This document shows positions 1 through 7,505 of a stretch of 35,203 bases of DNA, piece by piece. A model generated the notes under the pieces. It was not told the DNA's origin. It was given only the letters and a program-made list of their open reading frames with translations, and ran no database searches. The stretch comes from a virus, in IMG/VR virus record IMGVR_UViG_3300033555_000017, positions 1-35,203 of that record. One strand, given 5' to 3'. Position 1 is the first letter of the stretch; each line of letters begins with the position of its first letter. The translations under genes and the position numbers were made by a program.

Positions 1-127
1 TTGCTTCTAAAATAGAAGCACAATTTGATTTTATTAAAATAGGTTCTCCGCCAAACATTGGTATTTCGTAAAGATTAATTATATTATCAATTACTTCAAT
101 ACACCATCCATCTTCGATATATGAAGA
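1..127. repeat. Terminal overlap copy A, identical to 35077..35203
   Basis: Base-by-base comparison of the first 127 nt with the last 127 nt of the window shows no mismatch. Confidence 0.95.
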
Positions 128-178
128 ATCTTGAATTATTATTTTATTTTCTTCATGTATTAATACATATTGATTCAT
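1..178 (-). CDS. Hypothetical protein: the first 59 codons of a 67-aa ORF that crosses the circular junction and continues at 35076..35051
   Basis: ATG at 178..176, 7 nt after the stop of the upstream gene. Translation is MNQYVLIHEENKIIIQDSSYIEDGWCIEVIDNIINLYEIPMFGGEPILIKSNCASILEA, then IELGNSLT and a stop after wrap-around. It was not in the ORF track because it is split by the window edge. Confidence 0.5.
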   Translation of the reverse strand, partial: MNQYVLIHEENKIIIQDSSYIEDGWCIEVIDNIINLYEIPMFGGEPILIKSNCASILEA

Positions 179-185
179 TATCTAA

Positions 186-458
186 CTATTTATAAACCGT
201 AATTGGTTTGGTTACTCCGCAAAACTCACAAGGTAATAAATTTCCATCTTTACCACGTGGAAAGTAGTGGTCTAAACAATCTGAATTTTCACTCCCTTCA
301 ATCAATCCACTCACAAAGTTGCCTTTATCCATTCTTAGTTTTTGGTCAAGTATCATTTTAGCCTTCTTAGTTATGGTTAAATGAACAGCAACTTTATCAT
401 CATTACCCTTCTTTCTTCCAGCGTTCGGGATTGCGCCTGTTAGCTTGTTTTTTCTCAT
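186..458 (-). CDS. Hypothetical protein with a basic RHH-like N-terminus and a Cys-containing C-terminus
   Basis: 90-aa ORF. The GRKKGNDDKVAVHLTITKKAKMILDQ segment resembles a ribbon-helix-helix strand-helix. It is the second gene of the post-lysis cargo operon. Confidence 0.5.
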   Translation of the reverse strand: MRKNKLTGAIPNAGRKKGNDDKVAVHLTITKKAKMILDQKLRMDKGNFVSGLIEGSENSDCLDHYFPRGKDGNLLPCEFCGVTKPITVYK

Positions 459-469
459 TTACCACCAAA

Positions 470-517
470 AGCGCAAGCTTTATGAGCGTTGCGCTAAAGT
501 ACCCGCAAGACTTGCGG
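470..517 (-). promoter_or_regulatory. Two GC-rich stem-loops between cargo genes (attenuator or partial terminator candidate)
   Basis: AGCGCAA(470..476)/TTGCGCT(489..495) and CCGCAA(503..508)/TTGCGG(512..517) stand out in an otherwise AT-rich spacer. On the minus-strand RNA the first-named hairpin is followed by UUUU. Confidence 0.4.
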
Positions 518-527
518 AACTTGTGAG

Positions 528-815
528 TTAATTAATAACTATATCAAACTGATAATTAAATTCGCTATACTGCTCGTATTTAGGCGTTAATGCAATAACT
601 CCAAAGTCAAAATAAGATTCTTCAAAAGGAGTTAATAAACCTTTTTGAGTTAATTGACCTAAATACCCTTTTAGTTGATTTTTAGATAATTCTAATTTTA
701 AAGCGCATAGAGTGAACTCATATCCATTATCTCCTTCTTCTTTAGCAGCGTTTATACAAGCATTATAAACTTCATTTTCGATTGTGTTTAATTTTACTGT
801 TGTCATGATTTGCAA
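528..815 (-). CDS. Hypothetical protein (possible winged-helix segment LSKNQLKGYLGQLTQKGLL)
   Basis: 95-aa ORF. It is the first gene after the late-operon terminator. Confidence 0.5.
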   Translation of the reverse strand: MQIMTTVKLNTIENEVYNACINAAKEEGDNGYEFTLCALKLELSKNQLKGYLGQLTQKGLLTPFEESYFDFGVIALTPKYEQYSEFNYQFDIVIN

Positions 816-898
816 GTTTTAAATAATCCCTATTGATTACTCTGTAAATATAACACTATTTTTAATTACTTGTATGTAATATTTAAAATAGTTATCAA

Positions 899-929
899 CA
901 AAAAAAAGCCAATTAAATTAATAATCGGC
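899..929 (-). terminator. Rho-independent terminator ending the late/lysis operon
   Basis: The minus-strand RNA reads GCCGAUUA-loop-UAAUUGGC (one mismatch) followed by nine U (plus-strand A-run 899..907). It lies directly downstream of the last lysis-cassette ORF. Confidence 0.6.
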
Positions 930-949
930 TTAAAATTAAACGGTTTATT

Positions 950-1048
950 TTAACTATTAAGAATCGTTATAATTAGCAAGCATGATGTTATGATTATAAT
1001 GTAAATCCAATTCTTTGGCGTGGGCGGGTTGAATAGCGCTGTACTCAT
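950..1048 (-). CDS. Small membrane peptide (32 aa) immediately after the endolysin
   Basis: ATG at 1048 lies one nucleotide (C1049) after the endolysin stop codon (TAG-C-ATG). MSTALFNPPTPKNWIYIIIITSCLLIITILNS has one C-terminal hydrophobic helix. The longer 950..1150 ORF in the track overlaps the endolysin and was trimmed. Confidence 0.35.
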   Translation of the reverse strand: MSTALFNPPTPKNWIYIIIITSCLLIITILNS

Positions 1049-1049
1049 G

Positions 1050-1433
1050 CTACCACCTTGCTTTAGTTCCACGTCTGTCGTAATGAACAAACCCTTTGTA
1101 AATTCCGATACCGCCTTGTTCCATTTTCCCCAAAATAATAAGCTTTTCAATCACTTTAGCTAATTCTTTTGGAGTTTTGTTTTTAGAATTAATATCGGCT
1201 CCGTTTGCTGTTAAGTGTTGACTTTCTTTCGCACCTCCTACACTATCGTTATGCTCTTTAGTTCGGTAACCACTACCAGTAACCATAACAGATTCACCTA
1301 AGAAATCCCTTAATACTTGTAGGTTTTCAGCTACTTTAGTAACGTTTTTAATAAATTCACATGGTACTTGCGTTCCATCATTACAATCAAATTCCTCAAC
1401 TGTAAAGCTTTTTGTTAGTTGTAATCTTGTCAT
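1050..1433 (-). CDS. Endolysin, zinc peptidase of the M15 (Peptidase_M15_3 / M15A-like) family
   Basis: Signature read in the translation: SGYRTKEHNDSVGGAKESQHLTANGADI ... GGIGIYKGFVHYD. There is no signal peptide, and the gene sits in the lysis cassette. Confidence 0.85.
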   Translation of the reverse strand: MTRLQLTKSFTVEEFDCNDGTQVPCEFIKNVTKVAENLQVLRDFLGESVMVTGSGYRTKEHNDSVGGAKESQHLTANGADINSKNKTPKELAKVIEKLIILGKMEQGGIGIYKGFVHYDRRGTKARW

Positions 1434-1444
1434 CTTTATTTATT

Positions 1445-2254
1445 TTAAAACCTTATTAAGTCATAATTAATACCAACTGCCTGGATCCACCTTCTATCGT
1501 TTACATTGTAGTAACTGTATCCTAAAATATTATATCTTTTAAAATCGAAACTTAAACCTGGTCCAACAAAAAGCTTCTGGCTTGTAAGTGAATAGATGCT
1601 TCGCATTTGAACCCTTAAACCGAATTGAGGAACTTTTTCTTCAATCTTTAATCTATCTACACCGTTTATTGTTGTTCGTGGGTCATCACTCCACACGTCT
1701 ATATAACTTCTTTTAGCTCCAATAATCGGAAATTTCTTTTTCCAATATTGTACATAATTAAGTTTAGCATTGTACTTAAAATCAAAGGTTGCGTCTTTGT
1801 TTAAAGTGTCAGCTACTTTGAATTTTAAACTCACATACTTATCGTTGTACGTGTATATTTCACGTTTTAAGGAATCTAAATGCTTTTCAGCCCTTAAGTT
1901 TTTTGCTTCTAAAGTGCTGTTGATAATAGTTATGGATTGAACCTGTTTTTTTAGAATATCTAAAGCCATTGCAGTAGTATCTAATATGCCTGGACTTACA
2001 GCTACATCATTAATTAACTCACGTGGGAGAATGTTTTCACCCTCTGCAATAGTAACATGGCTTAAACCAAACTTGTCAATCTTGCGGCTTATAATAGTTG
2101 CTGATGTTTGAATTTGTTTTTTAATCGAAGCATTGTCTTTATCATATTTTGAAATACGTTTGTTTATTTCTAAATAGCTTTTACACGATTTAAAGTTGCT
2201 GAATAGCAATATGGCAATGACTGGCAAATACCAAAATCTTAATATACTTCTCAT
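1445..2254 (-). CDS. Envelope-targeted lysis accessory protein (o-spanin-like or outer-membrane-directed candidate)
   Basis: The N-terminal signal or anchor is MRSILRFWYLPVIAILLFSNFKSC (Cys24, weak lipobox). The middle is charged and helical. The C-terminal half has an alternating beta-like pattern ending GINYDLIRF. There is an ATGA overlap with the upstream TM/coiled-coil gene. Confidence 0.35.
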   Translation of the reverse strand: MRSILRFWYLPVIAILLFSNFKSCKSYLEINKRISKYDKDNASIKKQIQTSATIISRKIDKFGLSHVTIAEGENILPRELINDVAVSPGILDTTAMALDILKKQVQSITIINSTLEAKNLRAEKHLDSLKREIYTYNDKYVSLKFKVADTLNKDATFDFKYNAKLNYVQYWKKKFPIIGAKRSYIDVWSDDPRTTINGVDRLKIEEKVPQFGLRVQMRSIYSLTSQKLFVGPGLSFDFKRYNILGYSYYNVNDRRWIQAVGINYDLIRF

Positions 2255-2565
2255 TTGTTTATAATTTCTGTGGCTTCGTTACCTACTTTTTCCCTTACCA
2301 AACTATCCGTATTCTTTTTTATTTGTTCTATAATGCCGTTTTTAACCAGTAAAGCATTGTATAAATCATTCTTTTGTTTCCGTTCTTCTGTTAGCTCAAT
2401 TCTTAATTGTGTTTTTTCCTGCTCACAATTTTTGTTAACTAAGGAACTAGCTCCCGAAAACTGATAAACAAAAAACCATACCACGCCAACCGCCACCATC
2501 AAAACATAAGCTAAGGGATGCTTTGCAACTTCCTGAATGGTTATTTTTTGGTGTATTTCTTCCAT
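2251..2565 (-). CDS. Single-pass membrane protein with a coiled-coil tail (i-spanin/Rz-like architecture)
   Basis: One TM helix (AYVLMVAVGVVWFFVYQF) is followed by about 65 charged heptad-like residues (EQEKTQLRIELTEERKQKNDL...). The gene lies between the holin candidate and the 269-aa envelope protein. Confidence 0.4.
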   Translation of the reverse strand: MEEIHQKITIQEVAKHPLAYVLMVAVGVVWFFVYQFSGASSLVNKNCEQEKTQLRIELTEERKQKNDLYNALLVKNGIIEQIKKNTDSLVREKVGNEATEIINK

Positions 2566-2567
2566 CG

Positions 2568-2816
2568 TTAATCATCTGATTTTGTAATTACCGCTGTTAT
2601 TTCTGCCGTTGTTTCGCCTGTATTAGTTTTCTTATTTCCGGTTGTGGAACTCCCAAAATAGTAACCTGTAACCGTTCCAACAATACCGACAATAGCTATT
2701 AAAACCTGTTGATTAGCTTGTTTTTCAATTAACAGAATCGTGAAGTAATAAGCAAACGCCATTAATATTATAAGAAATCCAACTATTGGTTTGAAGTTTT
2801 GCATTAATTTTTCCAT
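2568..2816 (-). CDS. Holin candidate (two TM helices, charged C-terminus)
   Basis: 82 aa. The TM helices are PIVGFLIILMAFAYYFTILLI and VLIAIVGIVGTVTGYYFG, with a hydrophilic tail ...KKTNTGETTAEITAVITKSDD. It is the first gene of the lysis cassette. Confidence 0.6.
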   Translation of the reverse strand: MEKLMQNFKPIVGFLIILMAFAYYFTILLIEKQANQQVLIAIVGIVGTVTGYYFGSSTTGNKKTNTGETTAEITAVITKSDD

Positions 2817-2847
2817 TTTTACCTATTTTGCATTGAGTTAAAAAGTT

Positions 2848-4047
2848 TTACCATTCTTCCTTCCAGGTTAAATGCGCATGTTTTATGATAACAGCACCAG
2901 CAGCACTTAATCTCCTTACCCATAATATAACCTCTACGCTGTCTCCTAAAACAATTTGAACATTATTTACAGAAAAACCCGCTGCTTTATTGTTTGCATT
3001 CACAAATCCATAATCAGAAGGATTACCATCTACTGAAGTTGTTAAGGCTGTAACGCCTGTTACTTTTGTTTCCACCGCACTTTCGGTTGCTGGTACTCCC
3101 GTAGGATTTACAAAGGCTAAATTTGAAGTTGTACCTCCAATAGTTATTCTGGTCTCAACTTCCCCATCTGCTGCCACTTCAAAGTTTTCCAAACTTCCGT
3201 TTACTGAGTTCGCCCTTCCATTAAAAGTTGCTTTTTTCCTGAATGCTATTAAAGGCTGCCAATTAGTATTTAATGCGGTTGTGTAATTAGTTAATAATTC
3301 ACTAATTAATCTTTTTTGTGGATCACTAAAACCTGCTACAACTGAAAACTGATGACCACCAACAAACAAACTAAAATCAGTATTTGAAGTCGCGCCGTTA
3401 CCTACTTCAAATTTTAAAGGCTGATTTGGGTCGATGATTGAAGCTGCACTATTAATCTTAATAGTATGAACTATTACCTTTTGAGTTTTTAAAGTTGTTG
3501 TATTAAATATAAGAAACGAAAACTTAATATCTCCGTAGCCATACCAAGTGAAATCTATTTGTGAAATAGCACCATTGGCAAAAATTAAAGCGTTACCACT
3601 CGTTCCGGCACCGTTCAATTTATCTCCGTTCCAATTTGCTTGGTATATTTTTGTTTCAACACCTCCTGTAATAGATGCAACATAAATACCTGTTATGTCC
3701 TGCCCAAAATAAAACCCATTATTTGCAAGGTCGGAGTATCCCCATTTTACATATTGTGTGCCCGTTGGTGCAATTGGTAATCTAATCCCAATGCCTACCT
3801 GACCCATTGTGCCTGCTTGATATTGTCCTCTTTTATTTGTTTCAATAGAGGATATATTAGCAGCCGTTGTGCCTGTTTGCAACCTAAACTCCCCATTTGT
3901 TTCAGCAGCAGCAGCACCCGTACCTGTTGTTATTTTTTTATAACGATAAGTAGAAACTCCCCACGTAGGCTTAAAGTTTATTTGAGATGTTCTTAAAGCT
4001 ACCTTTTGCTCATTAAAGACTGTTAAGTCACCAGTTTGTTTATACAT
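2848..4047 (-). CDS. Tail-associated beta-rich protein (receptor-binding or fibre-tip candidate)
   Basis: 399 aa, G/T/N/S-rich with aromatic beta-like segments (FTWYGYGDIKFSFLIF). It lies immediately downstream of the tail fibre gene and upstream of lysis. Confidence 0.35.
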   Translation of the reverse strand: MYKQTGDLTVFNEQKVALRTSQINFKPTWGVSTYRYKKITTGTGAAAAETNGEFRLQTGTTAANISSIETNKRGQYQAGTMGQVGIGIRLPIAPTGTQYVKWGYSDLANNGFYFGQDITGIYVASITGGVETKIYQANWNGDKLNGAGTSGNALIFANGAISQIDFTWYGYGDIKFSFLIFNTTTLKTQKVIVHTIKINSAASIIDPNQPLKFEVGNGATSNTDFSLFVGGHQFSVVAGFSDPQKRLISELLTNYTTALNTNWQPLIAFRKKATFNGRANSVNGSLENFEVAADGEVETRITIGGTTSNLAFVNPTGVPATESAVETKVTGVTALTTSVDGNPSDYGFVNANNKAAGFSVNNVQIVLGDSVEVILWVRRLSAAGAVIIKHAHLTWKEEW

Positions 4048-4079
4048 ATTTTATTAGTTTAAAGAATTTGTAATTCATT

Positions 4080-5999
4080 TTATAAAGCTGCTGGCTTAAA
4101 TTCTAAATAACCATTACGAGCGGTGATGTCTGAGGTTGCGCCACCTGTTGCATCTAATACAAATGAGTTATTTATTGTGAAATTAAAAGTGCTAGCGGTT
4201 AGGGCTGTAACAGATGATGAGCCATCCGCCTTTACTATTGTAATCCTGTAAGTTGTTGCACTTGTTCTTATAATGTGACCAGTAACTGACCACCCTCCTC
4301 CAGATTGTGAAGTTGCAAGCAGTCCAAAGCCACTACCTCCAAACCGAATAGATAAGGTTTTAGAGTTAGCTGTGTTTGCGTAACTACCACCAAAACTAAA
4401 AGCTAATTTATCACCATCTGCATTTAAAGTGTTAGCGGGCACACTGAATGTGTATAAGTCGGTAAGTGTTGCACCAACATTACCTGCATCTGTGTAGAAG
4501 TCTTTAAGCTGTTTTGGCACTCTACTTTCACTAGCATAAACCGTAGCATCAACACTTCCATCCGCTTTTAAAAATTGAGTTGATAGACCGCCTGTTTTAA
4601 TAAATGATGTGGCTGTGGCAGGAACAGTAAAGGTTGCTGCTAAATTATTTAGGGATAGTCTTGTGCTTCCTGCTGTAACAAAACTAAATGCGCTATTTGC
4701 AAATGAATTAACAAATTTAATATTATTTGTTTCTACAAAAATGCCTAAATCAGAATCTATTTCGTTACCTGCATTAAACGCTTGACCGTTTGAGTTTCTA
4801 CCGCCAAAAATCCCTAAAGTTGTTACATTACCACTAAAATTAGCTGTTGCTCCCGTTAAATTCCCGGAAATTGTTAACCCTGTTAAAGAACCTAAACTTG
4901 TAATTGTAGGCTGTGCGGGCGTTACCGCAAAAACATTTCCTGTTAAAGATAAACCTGAACCATTTGTATAAGTACCCGCACCTGATATTTGACCAAATGT
5001 TATTGCAGTAGTGCCTATTGCAATTGCCGTTGCTGTACAAGTCCATTGTGTATCACCGTTAACCGTTCCGCTAGTTACCGCTACTGTTGCCGTTTCAATT
5101 TCCGTTCCTGAATCGGCATCTAAAGCCCTTGACCATGCACCCGCTGAAACTAAGTAAATACCGTTGTTTGCTGCCGTTGTTTGATTTTTAACTAAAACTC
5201 TATCACCCACAGCTAAAACTGTTGCATCAATAGTTTGCGCTCCTGTTAAAGTAATATTTGCAGTTGTTGCAACTTTAGCAGCCGCTTTCCATGTTATGCC
5301 TGTTATAGCATTGTCAACGAAGCTTTTAGAAATAGCTGATGTTGCGTTAACTGGTATGGCTGGAATTTGAACATCTGATATAAAAGTTTTAGCGCCTGTT
5401 ATTGTTTCTGTGCCTGCTATATGTACTAATTGATTGTCGTTAGGCAATGGAATGCCATTGACTTGGAACTGACCGCTTATGTTCATATTACCAGCGTTCA
5501 ACTCATTAAGCTTTGCGTAACCTGCCAACTGTGAGCTGATGTTAGTTACTCCAGTTGTGGTTAATAAGAATGAATAGATTGTAGCATAACCTGTGTCCGG
5601 TGTTGGATAAATTACACTTGCCGCTGCAACACCTTGTTTTAAACTGATTATCGTTCCGTTACCTTGCACAATACATCCTTTTGAAAACGTTGCGTCTGGT
5701 GTGCCTGTAAAGATTTGGTCAGCTAAACCTGCTGCTTTAGTATATTGAAAACCATTTGCATTATAAACAAGTGCTTTGTTTTGCGTTGTGGTTTGAATCG
5801 CTACCTGAGTTGCTGATGTTGAAACCAAATTAGGCCCTGAAACAAAACCATCTACATAACCAACATTGGCAATAGAATCATATAAAAAGTTTACTGATTC
5901 TTTTACTTCGTTAGCATTGATTGCTGAATAGATTTCATTAGCTGCCGGTGCATTTGGATTTACCGCTACTTGCTTATTTGGGTATGTTATCTTAGCCAT
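4080..5999 (-). CDS. Tail fibre protein
   Basis: 639 aa, G/T/A/S/N-rich. The segments ETITGAKTF and VGDRVLVKNQTTAANNGIYLVSAGAWSRALDADSG match a pattern common in phage tail fibre proteins. Confidence 0.7.
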   Translation of the reverse strand: MAKITYPNKQVAVNPNAPAANEIYSAINANEVKESVNFLYDSIANVGYVDGFVSGPNLVSTSATQVAIQTTTQNKALVYNANGFQYTKAAGLADQIFTGTPDATFSKGCIVQGNGTIISLKQGVAAASVIYPTPDTGYATIYSFLLTTTGVTNISSQLAGYAKLNELNAGNMNISGQFQVNGIPLPNDNQLVHIAGTETITGAKTFISDVQIPAIPVNATSAISKSFVDNAITGITWKAAAKVATTANITLTGAQTIDATVLAVGDRVLVKNQTTAANNGIYLVSAGAWSRALDADSGTEIETATVAVTSGTVNGDTQWTCTATAIAIGTTAITFGQISGAGTYTNGSGLSLTGNVFAVTPAQPTITSLGSLTGLTISGNLTGATANFSGNVTTLGIFGGRNSNGQAFNAGNEIDSDLGIFVETNNIKFVNSFANSAFSFVTAGSTRLSLNNLAATFTVPATATSFIKTGGLSTQFLKADGSVDATVYASESRVPKQLKDFYTDAGNVGATLTDLYTFSVPANTLNADGDKLAFSFGGSYANTANSKTLSIRFGGSGFGLLATSQSGGGWSVTGHIIRTSATTYRITIVKADGSSSVTALTASTFNFTINNSFVLDATGGATSDITARNGYLEFKPAAL

Positions 6000-6456
6000 T
6001 TGTAGGTACTTGACATCTGTTATTATTCATGTTAGTGCTTATCCTTACCGTAAATTTTAAGCCTAGTATTATATCTTTTTCCGTTTCTCTTAAATACTCA
6101 CCTGAAACATCGTCCTCAAAAGTCCAATCTTCGTTTAAGTAATTAGGGTTTCTCATTAAAGCAAAAATATCTTCTGCTATTGAGGTTAAATCGCTCCAAA
6201 CGTCTAGCTCATTCTCTTTACTTTTTTCGGCTACATTAGCCAAATCCATAAACAAAAACTGAAAAGAGTATGATGTCTTTTTTGATTTAGGTGAAATAGT
6301 TGGGCTGTCCACATCAAACAAAAAACATGGATAGTTTTTATCTTCGGAGTTTAAGTCTGCAAAATCTCCATAACCAACCTGCTTAATTTGAGCATGGCTA
6401 TTGCCTAACTCTTTTATTCTGGCTACAATCTGGTTTAATGTGAGGTGCTTGAACAT
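5992..6456 (-). CDS. Hypothetical virion (neck or tail-completion) protein
   Basis: 154-aa ORF between the adaptor-like gene and the tail fibre, with an 8-nt overlap of the fibre start. Confidence 0.4.
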   Translation of the reverse strand: MFKHLTLNQIVARIKELGNSHAQIKQVGYGDFADLNSEDKNYPCFLFDVDSPTISPKSKKTSYSFQFLFMDLANVAEKSKENELDVWSDLTSIAEDIFALMRNPNYLNEDWTFEDDVSGEYLRETEKDIILGLKFTVRISTNMNNNRCQVPTNG

Positions 6457-6519
6457 TTTTTTCTAAATAAAATTTTAACTTCTGCTCATTTTTTTTACTT
6501 ACTGTGCCTTCTTTTTTAC

Positions 6520-7080
6520 TCATAACCAGGGTTCATTATATGATTTGTTTGGTTTTATAAATCCTTCGTTACCTAAATAAATAGGACTTGTAAATGATGT
6601 TTGGTCAGGGAATACGGTATCCATGCCTCCGTTTTGTGCTCTATACTCTGGATATAAACCCTGATTCTGTAATAAATACATCCTTGCTCTTTTGCTGTAA
6701 TGCTCTGCTCTGTTCTTATACTTGTCAACAATAGCAAACATGTCCGATTGACTTGGGATTTGTGCGCTATCCTTTTGAACGGAAACAACTCCGGTATTCC
6801 AAAACTGATAGTTAACAGTAGTCACCATTTGGCTCATTGTGTAGTTTATCAAAGTATCAATCAAGTAATCATCTACTAAAGTTTTGTACACACCGGTTAA
6901 AACATTTGCATTAATATCTGCTAAAAGTTTATTAAATAAGCCACTCCCCACTAAAGGAAGTATAAACATATCTTGCGAAGCTTTAATTTCGGGATAGATT
7001 AATTTATCATCTACGTTCTTATGTACCGTAGTGCGGTCTTTTAGTACCGATGGCTTTAATAGTAAAATGTTTAAACTCAT
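6520..7080 (-). CDS. Head-tail adaptor/connector candidate (gp6-like)
   Basis: 186 aa. The N-terminal pattern ...IKASQDMFILPLVGSGLFNKL... resembles gp6-type head-tail connector proteins. The position after the portal fits. Confidence 0.4.
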   Translation of the reverse strand: MSLNILLLKPSVLKDRTTVHKNVDDKLIYPEIKASQDMFILPLVGSGLFNKLLADINANVLTGVYKTLVDDYLIDTLINYTMSQMVTTVNYQFWNTGVVSVQKDSAQIPSQSDMFAIVDKYKNRAEHYSKRARMYLLQNQGLYPEYRAQNGGMDTVFPDQTSFTSPIYLGNEGFIKPNKSYNEPWL

Positions 7081-7496
7081 TTATATTTCCATTTAAAATT
7101 TCCAGCTGTATGCCTTTTTTTGTTTGAACCATTTGCTATTTCAGCAATACTTCTATGGTCAATACCTGTAATTCTTCCCGCCTCCCTCACTCCTTCAAAC
7201 TCGGCTACTATATTTCCTTCTTTATCTATTTGTAAGACTTTTTTCATTCTTACCTTTCTTGATAATTCAAACTTTATAAAGAGATTTGTATCAAATTTTC
7301 CGTATGAAAAAAGATAACCTCCATCTAAGCCTCTGCCAACATGAAAAGACTTAATACCTGTTTTTTCCGTTGCCTCTTTTTTATCAAAAAACTCTCCTAC
7401 TATTTCACCATTTCTATTGTATTGTTTTAATCTTTTTACCCCTTTTCGATTAAAAATAGCTTCACCATTTTTTAAGTAAAGAGTAATTGCCGACAT
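7077..7496 (-). CDS. Tandem NUMOD1-type DNA-binding protein (homing-endonuclease-associated domain, no nuclease domain)
   Basis: Two repeats are present: KQYNRNGEIVGEFFDKKEATEKTGIKSFHVGRGL and LQIDKEGNIVAEFEGVREAGRITGIDHRSIAEIANG. Both match the NUMOD1/IENR1 pattern (x-Y/I-D-x-x-G-x-I-V-x-E-F-x-x-x-x-E-A-x-x-x-T-G-I). Confidence 0.6.
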   Translation of the reverse strand: MSAITLYLKNGEAIFNRKGVKRLKQYNRNGEIVGEFFDKKEATEKTGIKSFHVGRGLDGGYLFSYGKFDTNLFIKFELSRKVRMKKVLQIDKEGNIVAEFEGVREAGRITGIDHRSIAEIANGSNKKRHTAGNFKWKYK

Positions 7497-7505
7497 AACT
7501 GGCTT

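Noticed and set aside
1-127. The 127-bp repeat at both window ends, considered as prophage attL/attR or a biological direct terminal repeat.
   Set aside because: It coincides exactly with the window edges and lies inside a continuous ORF. A separate bona fide attP (tRNA 3' fragment next to int) exists at 33679..33703. An assembly overlap of a circular molecule is more economical. A true DTR cannot be excluded without reads.
950-1150. The full 66-aa ORF overlapping the 3' end of the endolysin gene.
   Set aside because: The first 34 codons overlap the endolysin in another frame. Only the part from the internal ATG at 1048, one nucleotide past the endolysin stop codon, is plausible.
4840-5046. 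Nested same-strand ORFs inside the tail fibre gene (4840..5046) and the adaptor gene (6573..6788).
   Set aside because: These are out-of-frame internal ORFs with Cys/Arg/Asn-rich improbable sequences. No independent start context or coupling is seen.
6398-6523. A 41-aa ORF starting with an ATGA overlap at the adaptor stop.
   Set aside because: It overlaps the next gene (5992..6456) by about 59 nt in another frame, and its sequence is lysine-rich low complexity. This is not convincing.
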